Shown: piece by piece, positions 1 to 12,840 of the stretch
Layout of the letters: every line of letters starts with the position of its first letter
Position numbering within the stretch: position 1 is the first letter of the stretch
Source: Lytechinus pictus
Lineage: Eukaryota
Direction of reading: 5' to 3'
Assembly (NCBI RefSeq): GCF_037042905.1
Contig: NC_087252.1
Location: 14,944,001 to 15,008,000, forward strand
Length of the DNA: 64,000 bases
The notes under the pieces: model-generated
What the model was told of the DNA's origin: nothing
Databases searched by the model: none
Seen by the model: the letters and a program-made list of their open reading frames with translations, nothing else
Made by a program: the position numbers and the translations under genes

Positions 1-574
1 CGATGAAGTTATGACATTTTATCTTTTTGCAAAATTTCGGTAAAACAGTTTCACCCACAATTCATGAATATAGCACACTCAAAAAAAAAGTTACCCAATA
101 TCGGGTAAAATGGGAACATGCATGTTGGTTGCGTATAAAGCAGATTATATCATTTCCCCACTTGATTCTGTTTTTTTATTATTATATGAAATTCTATTTA
201 TACAAATCTGGGAATAATGTTAATATAGGATTGATCGTACTGATTCAATGCGTTTGATTATCATTGATGTAACTTCTTTTGTTAAAAATTGAGACAGTAC
301 GTACAAGTATGAAAATACATTATATGAAGTGATTGTAATTGTGAATTGTTATTCAGTTTATAAAAGGAAAAAAGTGTGGACATGACATAATCAGCATTCT
401 ATTGTATATTCATGCCGGCGTGCATATAACTGTTCTTACAAAATATTGCTAAACTTTAAATTTCAGTAACTTCGTTATTTTCATCAGATTTGGTCAGACT
501 GTCAGCGTTGTGTTTGTTTAATTTCATTATATTGATTTTATTTGGACGATTGTTAGCTTGCAGTACCCCTTCAA
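1..574. mobile_element. Partial TTAA-type (Kolobok/T2-like) MITE, left end outside window
   Basis: Shares internal motifs (aagttatgacatttt, tgcatataactgtt, aactttaaatttc..taacttcgttatt) with complete copies at 812-1400 and 45137-45731; ends in degenerate cccttcaa. Confidence 0.5.
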
Positions 575-811
575 TAATAAAGAAAAACTTGACATACTCG
601 CTTAGTTCTGAAGCATGTTTTTTTTTTTAATCAAAACAAAATAATATAAAGAAGAATAATAAATCTTTTCATCATAGTCATGTACAATAAAAAATTTGTT
701 CGTTATGATGGGGGTTAGTGTTGGTTCTTTGTGAAAGAGAAAGGGAGAGAGGATGGGGGCTAGTTGGGGTTGTGAGAGAGAGAGGGGGGGGTTATAGGCA
801 TGATGTCGGTG

Positions 812-1400
812 TTGAAGGGCAAGTCCACCCCCAACAAAAAGTTGATTTAAATAAAAAGAGAAAAATCCAAAAAGCATAGCACTGAAAATATCATTAAAAT
901 CGGATGTAAAATGAGAAAGTTATGACATTTTTAAGTTCACTTAATTTCATAAAACAGATATATGCACATCCCGGTTGGTTTGCAAATGAGGGAACTGATG
1001 ACATCACTGTTTCTTTTGTATTTTATTATATGAAATATGGAATATTCTAATTTTCTCCCCATTGTGCAGTGAAACAAAGTTTTATTTCTACCTGAACATG
1101 TGGAATTACCATTGTTTAGAATTTTATGGTTCAGTCAAGTTGGTCCTTATAGTCAAATCTGTAAAACTTGAAATAATGTATAATTCAAATTTAAAAAAAT
1201 AGTGAGTGAAGGACATCATCCATTCTCTCATTTGCAAGTGACGAAATTGTGCATATAATTAATTTGCGAAAGCAAAATTTTGAAATGTCACAACTTTCTT
1301 ATTTTACATCTGATTTTGATGATATTTTCAGCATTATGCTTGTCTGATTTTTATCTATTGAATCCAATCAACATTTTTCGGAGGTGAACTTGACCTTTAA
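812..1400. mobile_element. Kolobok/T2-like MITE (~590 bp, quasi-palindromic)
   Basis: TIRs ttgaAGGGCAAGTCCACC ... GGTGAACTTGACCTttaa; TTAA-AGG termini; similar copy at 45137-45731. Confidence 0.75.
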
Positions 1401-1551
1401 TGGTGTAAGAGAGAGGGACAGGGTGGAGAGCTAGTTCGGGTGATGGTGTGTGTGTAAAAGAGAGAGAGAGGGGGGTGGGGAGGCTATAATTAGGTTTGAT
1501 GTAAGAGAGAGATGGATGAGGAGAGAGAGGCTGGTTTGATTCATGAGAGAG

Positions 1552-1710
1552 CACTAGCGTACCTAAGGGGGGTAGGGGGGCAGTCTGCCCCCCCCCCCTG
1601 ACGAGTCACAACCTATGCAGAAGACGTACCCCTGCCCCCCCTATACTTGTGGTTGAAGACCGTTTTTTTTTTGCTTGTCAATTTTTTGACAAATCCTAGG
1701 TACGCCACTT
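1552..1710. mobile_element. Short hAT-like MITE
   Basis: TIR cactagcgtaccta / taggtacgccactt; flanks tgagagag/taagagag (7/8 TSD). Confidence 0.55.
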
Positions 1711-2211
1711 TAAGAGAGAGTGGGAAAGTTAGGGCCTGGGGGTCTGTTCCTCTAACCCAATCTGCATGTCTTTTAAAGGAATAAGGGTCAAGCAACCAAT
1801 ATATCTACGTACAGTATGGATGCATATACAGTACTCACAATGCTGCAGGCTACTACTAGGCCTGAGAACTAGCTAGTGACGAGCGAGCTGATTTCTACAT
1901 AGGCATGCATCCGGAGGGTGGCAGTACTTCCTGCGACATTTGCTCCCGTCTTCATACATTAATCAGAGGGCGTAGGGTGTATAGTGGCACTCGAGGATCT
2001 GGCTAAAACTATTCGCATCGAAGGAACATCACATACAGTTGTGCTCAGAAGTATTCATACCCCTTGGAAAATCACTTTTTTTTTGCATTTTAAAGAAAAA
2101 TAAGAGTAGAAATGGAGTCAGTTACAAATCAGTCAAATACATTTAGTTATCATGTACAAAAGCATGCCATTTTTATTTTCACCTCATTTGCATATCAAAA
2201 GAATAGATAAC

Positions 2212-3054
2212 TATAATATCTTCAGGACGGTAATAATAGAATCATACCAGATAAGTGCAGTCAGGATTACGTTTATTTACAATCAATCTCCGTGTCGGTG
2301 TCTACATGTTCATCCTAACATCGTTTACCACATAATATCACCCATAGCAACCATCACACCCAGATGTCACTCTGACAAAATAACAAAATATACACTATTT
2401 CGGGATATAGCCTGCCGAGCTACTAGCACGTAGATACGGCATTTATTTCACATAAATTATCAACACTTTCATTTTTCAAAGTATGAAAACAACTTCTAAC
2501 AAAATCTGTCTGAGAATCATACATATATAATGTTTTTATACCTCTTAACATTAATCGTGTGAAGTCATAACTAATTAAACTGTTATGCCCTAACCCTAAT
2601 TTTGCCCGGGTTTAAAAAAACAGAGATAAAACTGAATCAGCACTAAACTCTGAAAAAACCCTATGGCCACCGCAACTTAAACTTTGATGTAACAACGTCT
2701 CCTACCAATTATCATTTTTTTAATTCACTCTATAAAAAGAACTCCATATTATTAAAAACGTGCTAGTGTGCGGTCCTTGGAAAGCTAGAATGACTTCCCC
2801 TACAACACCACACCCTTATCTCGCATCCCCTCTTTTCATATTCAAATGAAACACCTTCGACGCCACGGAATTGAATAATTCCGTCACGCATGCCGGAGAA
2901 CAATTAGTGTTCACCACTTATTGCCGTATAAACAACATTTGCCAGCTATACGATGTAACGCTGGCAAATACATTTTCCGACATGCGTTCTCAAAAGTCCC
3001 GCCACCAGCTGGCGCTGTTTAACTTATGATGACAGGCATCATAATATCATTACA
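2212..3054 (-). repeat. 3' LTR of Gypsy element (~843 bp)
   Basis: Abuts the PPT; its 2970-3054 end is near-identical to 8198-8281. Confidence 0.8.
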
Positions 3055-3530
3055 TCCCCCTTTTCATGCAAGAACAATAACATTAATCAAAACATCTTTA
3101 ATTTAAACCAAATAATTCAGCATGCATTTTAGAGTCCATGTAATTTTCTTTATGATAAAAGTTCCACTTCAATTAAAAATATTCTTGCATGTTGTGAGTT
3201 TGTTTCCTTCCAGTACAGTGTTGTTTTGCAATTTGGGGTAATTGTCTCGAAGTTTTCTTTGACAGGTGTTGGTTCCTGATAGCGTTGCTAATTTTCATAA
3301 AATTACATTAAAACACAAATATAAAACAAATAAAAAATACAAGTAACAGGGTGGACTATCTGTTACTGTATTAACTGCATTAGAGGATTATTCTGCCTCA
3401 GTGTTAGCACATTTTTCCTAGAGGAAGTTGTCTTGAAGAACATTCAATACTCATTTAATTAACACAAAACATGTCAACTATCCTGTGAGCGAAGGGGTGG
3501 ACTACCCAACACTCTACTGTACGAAGGGGA

Positions 3531-6500
3531 TTATTCTACCCTTATAAACACGTACAGATATAGATCTAACCTAACAGGGCGTATTCGCTTTCTTTGCGGG
3601 TAGCGATGTTCACGTTGAGTATTATCTTCTTCTTCTTCTTCTTCTTCTCTATAAGTACAGGCCACCGTCTGGCGTATTGTCGTACTGTACTGTAGATCTT
3701 CGCTAGATGATCTCTGAGATTTCGCTATGTTAGAGTTGTCAGAGGTGTCCACTTCATCCAGGTCATCATAGTAATGACCTTGTTGGCATCCAGGTCTCTT
3801 CTGGAGATGGCTTCTATTTCGTCGATAATGCACTCCTCCTTCTCCTTCAATGATGTATGAGCGGGGTGATTCATCTTTTTTATGACAACAGCTGGTCGCC
3901 ATACTTTGCCGTCTTGGTATGTCACCATATCACCAGGTTCGAGCACAGAGAGGTCTTGTGTGCCCTTGTCATAGAACCGCTTTTGACGTCTTTGCAGCTC
4001 TTTCTTTCTGTCCATGATGTCCTCTCGGCTTACAGGGCTGGGCTGCAAGAGTCTCCCTGATGTAGGAATAGTTTTCTTCGTCCTTCTGCCCATCAGCATC
4101 TGTGCAGGCGAGGGAAGGCCGTCTCCTGGCGTGTTTCTGTATGCCAGAAGAGCTAGATGAACATCTTGACCATCATCTGCTGACTTCTTTAAGATATTTT
4201 TTCTGATTTCCCATTACTCTGTGGATATCTGGGAGAGGATGTCTTGTGTGTCACTCCAAATTCGACACAAAATTTGTGGAATTCTGAACTGGCATATTGG
4301 GGTCCATTATCTGAAAACACTTCGTCTGGGACACCATGCCGTGCAAACTGCTGATTACATATACCTATGACTGCTCTGCTGGAGGTACTTGTCAGCTTGT
4401 TGATTTCAAAGTAGTTTGAGTAATAGTCCACCAAGATCAGGTAAGTAGACCCATCAAACTCAAACAGATCACTTCAAATTTTGTTGCCAGGGTCTCCCAG
4501 GTAAGTCATGACCATGCATAGGCTCCTTTTGGTTGCTGGCTCTATGTCTGCTGCAAATGTCACATCTTTCAACCAGCTCTGCTATATCAGCGTTCATGCC
4601 TGGCCAGAACAGCACATCTTTGGCCAATCTCTTGGTCTTTTCCACTCCTTGATGGCTCTGGTGGAGTTTCTCCAGCATCAGTTTTCTCATTGAGCTAGGA
4701 ATGATCACATTCTGTAGTTTGAAGAGTAGGCCACCTTCTGTAGTGATCTCATTCCTGTACTGCCAGTACTGTCTAATTTCTTTGTCTGCATCCTGTTTCA
4801 TCTCAGGCCAGCCTTACTCAACACTCTCCATCAGCTTCCTGTGTACAGGATCAGCTTGTGTTTGTTTCTCCAACTCATCTCGTCTTGCTGCAGACATTGG
4901 TAGATTATCCACCATGCAGACTGCTATGTCCTGGTTTTCCTCATCGACTTCACTCTTTAGGATAAAGTCTCTGCTCAATGCATCTGCGATGTACATCTCT
5001 TTCCCTATTTTGTAGGTTAGCTTGCAATCATACTTTTGTAGCTTCAAAGGCATTCTTTCAAGACGCGGTGGTGTGTCCGCTAGAGGCCTTTTCATGATGG
5101 TCTCCAAGGGTTTGTGATCAGACTCTATCTCAAACTTCCTCATGAAAACATACTGATGGAACTTTTCTCCCCGTAGACTACTGCTGCCAATTCCTTCTCG
5201 ATTTGGGCATACCTTTTTTCAGTCCGTGGAGGCTTTTGAGGCATATGCGACTGGCTTTTCGTTCTGTAGAAAGACCGCACCTACACCATTCTGTGATGCA
5301 TCCACACTTACAGTCACTGGTTGATTCACATCATAGAACTGCAGTATTGGAGCTTCACTCGCCATCTGCTGCAGCTTCTAAAATGCTGTAGTGTGGTCTT
5401 GGTGCCACTGCCAGTCGTTCTCCTTCACCAAGTGTTTCCTCAGGGGTGCAGTAACTTCAGACAAGTTTGACAGAAACTTGCCAAGATAGTTGATCATGCC
5501 TAGATATCTCTGAAGTTCTTTCTTATTGGTATGCTGCTTCATGTTCTTGACTGCTTCTACTTTCATCATATCAGGTTTCAGTCCATTAGCAGTCAGCAAG
5601 TGTCCAATATACTTCACTTCGTCTACTGCAATCTTACACTTGCTTTCATTCAGTCTGACATTGTTCTCTTGCAGCCTTCTGAACACTGCATCTAGGCGTT
5701 CATCATGTTCTTTCCTTGTGGTTCCCCAGATGAAGATGTCGTCCATCACTACATCAACGCCTTCTAAACCTTCCAACATTTGTGACATTGTCCTTTGGAA
5801 AATCTCAGGTGCTGAATTAATGCCAAAGGGCATTCTGATGTACTTATACCTTCCAAATGGTGTGTTGAAGGTACACAGATCTGAGCTTGCTTCATCCAGT
5901 TGTAGCTGCCAGTACCCACAGTTCGCGTCTACTGAATATCCTGGCATGCACCCTAGTCCCTGAAAGAGATGAGGATACTTGTCCTTGACTTCAGTAGTCT
6001 CCTCTCGTACAGCATATGTTATCTTAACTAAACCCAGCTGCTTACAGGAAGGTAGGCCCAATATTGGTTGTGACCTCAGCTCCACCACCTGGCACTCTAG
6101 GTCAAAGAACTTTGACTTGTGTTCGCAGACAAGTTGAGTCTTGCCTAGAGGCTTCATCTAGTGCTCTGAGTATACTACCAGTCTTGAATTTGACTTCTGT
6201 AATGGGGACTGCAACTCTTCTCACCAGTTATGGTATGATGTTACACTGGGACCCCGTGTCTAACTCGAATCTCACCTTCCTGGAGTTCACTTTCAGGTCA
6301 ACAAACCAGTCATCGGTATCGTCTGTTGCCCTGACATCTACAAAGAATTCCTCTACTTCCTCTGCTTCTTCATCAACTGCGTTGACCGATTTCTTGTCAC
6401 GTCTAACCTTTCCAGCTGGCTTTGCAGAAGTACAGACGCTGGCAAAGTGGTTGTCTTTCTGGCATTTATTACATTTCTTGCCGAATGCCGGGCATTTATT

Positions 6501-6746
6501 TTTGTCAAGGACATGTGATCTCACACAGAACTAGCACTTTATCTGTTTCTGTTTAGCTCCATTCACCTTGGCTTTTCTCACAGCATGCACATCTTGGGCC
6601 TTGTCGAACACTGTCATGCGTTCTTTTGAAAGTTCGGCAGCCCTACAGATCTGGATAGCTTTGTCCAGTGTCAAATCGGATTCTCGTATAAGTCTCGCCC
6701 GTACCGCATCATCTTTGATGCCTCCGATGATCCTATCCCTCAGCAA
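3531..6746 (-). pseudogene. Gypsy gag-pol pseudogene (frameshifts, stops, RT internal deletion)
   Basis: LRDRII..RARL..LTLDKAI gag; zinc knuckle CNKCQKDNHFASVC; protease LDTGS; RT RMPFG..APEIFQ, VMDD; RNase H SDHKPL; integrase HQSHQG..CDIC, VDYYS, SDNGPQY, PQSNGKSE. Confidence 0.92.
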
Positions 6747-6782
6747 TTAATAATGCAGATCACGGAAATTGCAGCTGCTAGC

Positions 6783-8197
6783 CAGTGGCGTAACAGGCGG
6801 GGGGGCAGGGGGGGCAAGTTGCCCCCCCTGGCGGATTTCACCGGGAAAATAAAAGAAAAACGGGAAAAAGAAAAAAAGGAGGGAGAAAGAAAGGGAAAGG
6901 GGAAGGAAAGGGGAAAAAGGAAAGGAGGAAAGGGAAAGAGAAAAGTGAAAAGAAAACGAAGAAAAAACTTTTTTAATGGGAAAGGAAGGAAAGCGGGAAA
7001 ATGTACGAAAGAAGAACATTTGAGAAAGAACAAATCATTGAGAAATAGGCCTATATAATGCAATAGCACGGTGGGAAATAAATTTAAAGATGGCAAAATG
7101 GCAAACAATAGCGGGAAACGAAGGTAGAATGTAATTATTCAAAAGCTAAATTGGAAAACAAAGAAAAGGGACAAGAAAAAAAACAATAACACGACCGGGC
7201 TGCCAATGATTGAAATTAAAGAGCGGGAAGAAAGATGGACTGCATACAACATTGTGATATAAGCTTGCTAAATTTTATGCAAATTAGCTACCGGGGCTTT
7301 GCCCCAGACCCCACGCAGTAGGGGGCTCTTCATCTATAACCTTCAAATGGCTCTATAACGCCCCCGTTCAATCACGTTCAATCACTGGCATACAGGAGGG
7401 GGGGGTCGTGGTTCCACACCCAAGAGGAAATGAAAAAATTTATAGGATACAACGTATAATGAAATGAATGGAAACAATGAAATGTGTTATTTGCTGAATA
7501 TAATGGAAAAATCTATCACATAATTAGAATTTAATTTCAGTAGGCAATTTTTTCCAGCTCGCTTTGCACGCTGGCGACTTTTTACAAAATTTTCCCACAT
7601 TGCTATGTTTTGCCCCCTCAAAATATTTGGTTCATTATGCAACTGGGTTTAATAAATGTGTTGTGTAAAAGCTATATTCTGTATATGCCCGCGATTTGAT
7701 TAAAATTGCGGAAATCTGCGAGGTTTAAATGGCTTTGATATCAAGAAATTCCGGGGGCTCCGCCCCGGACCCCAAACGCGTATGGAAGGGTTGGGCCATG
7801 GCCCCAAAAAGTTCTACAGACAAGAGCAACAAAAAAGGAGGAAAGAAAAGCAAAGGAAAATTGTAGGATATGATTTTAATTACTGAAAATAATGTCAAAA
7901 AATAGCTCAAAGTTAGATTCTCATGAAAAGTTGATTTTTTCTCGCTCGCTTCGCTCGCTCGGGACTTATATATAAAGCAGCTTTTTAGCACATGTGCTAT
8001 ACTGCGCCCCTCGTTGTTTTTTTGTTTTGTTTTGTTTTTTACTCTTCACGCTACTGCCGCAAAGAATCCTGTTCACAGTGGCGTACAGACCACCGTGATA
8101 AAAAAGGAATCTAAAGAGAGAAGAATTAAATATATTATTTTTTGGATATCATGTCAAAATCTATCACAAAATTTGATTTTTGTATTAAAAAGGTGAA
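6783..8197. mobile_element. Cluster of G-tract/purine-rich hAT-like MITE fragments replacing the 5' part of the Gypsy element
   Basis: CAGTGGCGTAA-type termini at 6783 and ~8076, inverted ends near 7645 and 8056; no clean TSD found. Confidence 0.55.
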
Positions 8198-8281
8198 ACA
8201 TTTTCCGACATGCGTTCTCAAATTGCCTCCACCAGCTGGCGCTGTTTAACTTATGATGACAGGCATCATAATATCATTACA
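8198..8281 (-). repeat. Remnant of 5' LTR (first ~84 bp)
   Basis: Direct repeat of 2970-3054 ending ...atatcattaca next to the TSD. Confidence 0.8.
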
Positions 8282-11200
8282 ATAACTTTCATGGATTTTC
8301 TGATGTCCAAAAGTATTCATACCCCTGTCATGAACCACAAGGTAATAATCAATTGAATAGCCTTTAATCGCAATGACTGCCTCCAGACGTCTCCTATAGT
8401 TTGTTACTAAGTTCTTGCATGTCTCTACTGGGATTTTGGCCCATTCATCCTTTGCAATCCTCTCCAAGTCCTTCAGGTTGCTGGGCTTCCTTGTGTTGAC
8501 CTTCACCTTGAGCTCTTTCCAAAGGTTTTCGATTGGGTTCAAGTCAGGACTTTGGCTCGGCCACTCCAGAACGTTGACTGCATGCTCCTGAAACCATGTT
8601 TTGACCTTCTTGGCAGTGTGCTTTGGATCGTTGTCCTGTTGGAAGATCCAATAGGGGACAAGTTGAAGTGCTTCAGCAGACTCTTTCATGTTCTCTTGCA
8701 GGATTTGGAGGTAGTGCTCCTTCTTCATGATGCCATTGACCTATTAAAAGAAAGATGTTTTAATTTTACTTCAACATGGCTTTAAAAACTCCAAATACAC
8801 TCAAATACACTAGGAAAAACATTCATAGGGGCATTTCAATGTAGAACTAAGCATACAAGGTAATTGGCATGTGAGTTAGTACTTAACCAGGGAATGTCGT
8901 AATTTACCTAAAATGAGAACTTTCAATTCATTTGACTCAAATTTTGGTGTAAGTTAAATATATACTCAAAGATAAGAAAGTCTGTATCATTCTTATTCAA
9001 TAAAATAATTTCACTACTTGTAAAAAAAAAGAAAAAAGAATTGATGCATTGATAATGTTGTAAACTCACCTTAACAAGATTCCCTGTCCCACTTCCTGAA
9101 AAACAGCCCCAGGGTCATTCTCAAAAAAATGTTACAATTCACAAAAACCGTGTCTCGACTATCTTATGGCCGCTAGCTTCACAACCCTGAACATTTTCTA
9201 CAAAAATATTATCAAGAAAAGGACAATAATAGACTAGCTCCACAAAGCATATGCAACCAGTGACTAATAAAGCTCTAATTTTTTTACAAAAGCCTTTTAT
9301 TTTTGCTTTTTGTTAGAATCGACGCTGTCTCGGGTCAGTTTTAGATTTTACTATCATTCTCTTTCTTAAGTAGTCTGTATTTCTTACCTACATTAATGTC
9401 TGGTGAGGGCAGCTTGGTGTAAACGTCTGACATACTGCGCTTATCCTAGTACTTAATGATCCGTTTGTGATTAATTTCACTTTTAACTTTGTCCCAAATT
9501 CATTTTAACCTCCGTAACGAAGACTGCCACAAGTTTTTTCTCCCTTTCAAACTGAATGATATTATGTGATAATGTGTCTGCAAGTAGAGTGATATTCATC
9601 AATAAATAATTGATAGGGAATAATCATATGTGTTTCCTGTATTACACGGAAATAAAGGACTATTCTTAAAAAATGAAATGTATGACTATACAGCTTTAAC
9701 ATCCGTAACGCACCTTAAGAAAATATGCACTTTGGCAGTTCTGTTAGGGATTCAGTATTATATAGGATAAGAGACACCTTTCATGATAAATACAATTTTC
9801 AAAGTTAGGGCTGCTAAATAAGGACCACGTTGGACCATAAAGCATAAAGACATTAACTTCCGTAACGCATTAACTTCCGTAACTTTTTTTCTTGAATATG
9901 CTACAAATTTGTGCTTTACTTAATCACTCTGGATCATACAGATATAAATCATATAAGGTACCCTCCACCTAGGTACCCATAAAAATCATAGCTATTCATC
10001 ATTGTCAAATTATTATTACACACCTTATTTTCAACATCACTTTGAAAAGAGGGAAAATTGCCAGCGAAAACAATTTCCCGAGAATTAAATATGATATTTA
10101 ATGTTTTTGGAATTTTAAATGATTCATACTACAAATTTTGAATATTGGCATCTTCTTTAGAACTTAAAATTTCTAACTTCCTTTGCTATATAAAGCGCAT
10201 TAACTTCCGTAACAATTACTGTTACGGAAGTTAATACACTTCTCTGCTGTACTTTGCTGAGATTGACAGTACGATTCTAGTTCCAGAACAGGTGACATGG
10301 CTTTGTCTAATGCTGAAGTCGGCAGAAATGGTGTAGAGGATGGGAAGGAGAAAAAATAAGCTTAAAGAGAAAGAAAAACTGTTTGCAATGACTCATGAGG
10401 AGGATTAATGTATCATCGATCAAAAATGTGAGCGCAAAGCGCGAGCTAAAACTTGTGTATAGTTTAACCTGAAAACTTGAAATTCTAGCATTTTTTGTAA
10501 AAATGATCAGGATGTTATCTGAATAAACTATTAATGCGAGTTCAAAGTGCTAGCTGATTTTTTTCGTATTCTGACTGAAAGCTTGACATTCTAAACACTC
10601 TTTGTACCAATTACAATAATGGGTATCTCTATTGACACGACTGATTTTTTTGGATCTGAAAACAATAATTTTTTGACGTTTTAATTTGAGAACAAGATAT
10701 ATCCAATAAACAATTATTGCAAAGGTAAAACGCGCGCTTTTTGAGGTTTAGTCCCCAAGACGGGACATTCTACTAACTTTTTGTAATCATAAAAAGGATG
10801 GATGTCTTGCTAAGGAAATAATGCGCAGTGTGTGCGAAGCGCGAGCTGAAAATATGTGTCATTCCAATATGAAAACCAGACATTTAAGCACACTTTCAAA
10901 TAAAGAGGATATAAATTGAATAAAAAATAATTTCATGCAATATGATACATAAGAACAAGTGGGGATTACACGTACATGTATGTACACCATCAATCAACTC
11001 TTAATATTCATGAAGATATGCATAGACCAAACTGTGTCACTAAAATAATGCAAATCTTTAAAATGCCATAACTTCGTTATTCCTTGTTCGATTTTGATTT
11101 TCGATTTTGCAGTATTTTGTTTGTCTGATTATTATCTGTTCAGATCATATTTTCAGCCTGGTTGACCCCTTTACTGCGCATGAAAAGCGTTGAAATAATC

Positions 11201-11621
11201 GATATAAGCCTACTGACATGAAAACATGGAAAGGGGTATTTTAAACACTCACGGTTTGTTGGAATTTATAAATAAAATACGTACTTCGATAATCAAACAT
11301 TTTGGCTATTCGTCATTTTTTTAAATCACGAACAGGATGCGTAATTGTGTATCTCGATGAAACAAAATAATAAAAATAAATCGCGATTAGATCATATAGA
11401 TTCCGTTAATAATTTATGTATTTGTGAATTTTTAGCCTTATGTTTCATTCACCTTACTTTTTTATTATTCATTTCCCCATGTCCTTTTTTTAATGTTTTT
11501 TCTTCTTTTTTTTCTATCTTTATTTTGGCTTTTGGCAAGCGGCGGGATTCCTCGTAACCCAGAGAACTCATCCTGGTTACGGGACTGCGATTGCTATATT
11601 TTGTTTATTGCCAGAAAATTA

Positions 11622-12840
11622 TAGATGAACTGCAATTCTGTGGCCCGGTTATTCAGTTTTCTCATTCCAACTTTGAACAAGAACGACAATAAAATTACAG
11701 TTTCCGTTTCCTGTTATGTTTTTCACATTTTCTTTTTTGGGGGAGGGGTAGCAAATTAAGCTATGCGTTCCACATTTATCTTTATTTATTGAAAAAGGTT
11801 ATACGAATACCTAAATATGGATTTTCCTAAGCTAACAAATAAATACTACAATTTGTAACTTAATTTAACTTCCGTAACGAAGATTGATAAGGGTAAATGT
11901 CACTTGAGGATTTGATGGTAAAGTATCCTGGGATTACCAGAATTGGTCATGCATTGCTTAGGATCTTGCTTATGATTACTTAGGGCCAGAAACTTTTAAG
12001 ATGAACTACAATTTTGTGGCCCGATTATTCGGTTTTCTCATTCCAACTGTGAACAAGAACGACAACAAAAATGACAGTTGTCCTTTTCCTGTTCTGTTTT
12101 TAACATTTAAAAAAAATGGGGGGGGGGATGGGAAAATTAAGCAATGCGTTCCACATTCATCTTCAATAAATAAATGAAAAATGTTATACCAATACATTAA
12201 TATGGATGTTCAGCTGCTGCTGCTGAAGACTCCGCTCCGTTGGGCAGGACACATCTCAAGAATGGAAGACCATCGCCTGCCCAAGATAGCCCTGTACGGC
12301 GAACTTTCTACTGGCAATCGTGACAGAGGGGCTCCAAAGAAACGCTTCAAGGACATCCTGAAGAAGTCCCTCGGTACATGCCATATCGATCATTGCCAGT
12401 GGTCTACTCTGGCTGCTGACCGTGCTAGCTGGCGACATATAGTCCATCAGGCTGCCTCTTCTTTCGAGGAATCCCGAAAAGATCACCTGAGGGAGAAACG
12501 TCGCCGCAGAAAGAATCGCGAAGCCTCAGCAGCCACACCAAACGTGACTTTTGACTGCGGCCGCTGTGGCCGGGCCTGTCTATCACGTATCGGCCTTGTG
12601 AGTCACATGCGTGCCTGCAGTCGACGTGGACTGCCTTTATAAATCTTCGTTCGCGAAGCAAGCCAAGAGAATATGGATGTTCTTAAGCTAACAAAATAAG
12701 TATTGCAATTTGTAACTTGATTTTAACTTCCGTAACGAAGGTTGACATGGTTAAATGCCATCGAGAGGATTTAATGGTAAACTATCTTTGGATTCCCAGC
12801 ATAGGTCATGCATTGCTTAGGATCTCAGGTTATAGATGAA
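11622..12840 (+). repeat. Tandem ~375-bp duplication inside the Sola2-like element; second copy interrupted by an RTE fragment
   Basis: agatgaactgcaattctgtggcccgg... (11622) repeated at ~11999 and running on through ggtcatgcattgcttaggatct. Confidence 0.75.
12212..12669 (+). mobile_element. 5'-truncated RTE-clade LINE (3' end)
   Basis: LRWAGHISRMEDHRLPKIALYGEL..RGAPKKRFKD..CGRCGR.C.SRIGLVSH; 13-bp TSD AATATGGATGTTC at 12199-12211 and 12670-12682. Confidence 0.88.

Larger units (their letters stand above)
2212..8281 (-). mobile_element. Ty3/Gypsy LTR retrotransposon (degenerate) inserted in the Tc1 terminal repeat
   Basis: 5-bp TSD ATAAC at 2207-2211 and 8282-8286; LTR ends t(a)taat...attaca; polypurine tract 3055-3065 (gaaaaggggga on - strand); gag-PR-RT-RH-IN order. 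Confidence 0.9.

Noticed and set aside
5526..6534. Long + strand ORFs (also 27320-27802, 60689-60937)
   Set aside because: Antisense shadows of real coding sequence on the - strand
6740..7108. Lys/Glu/Gly-rich and Phe/Pro-rich ORFs (also 31157-31378)
   Set aside because: Translations of purine-rich low-complexity MITE interiors
8246..8344. C-terminal extension of the Tc1 ORF (YLVVHDRG...)
   Set aside because: Probable read-through after loss of the natural stop, running into the terminal repeat and LTR
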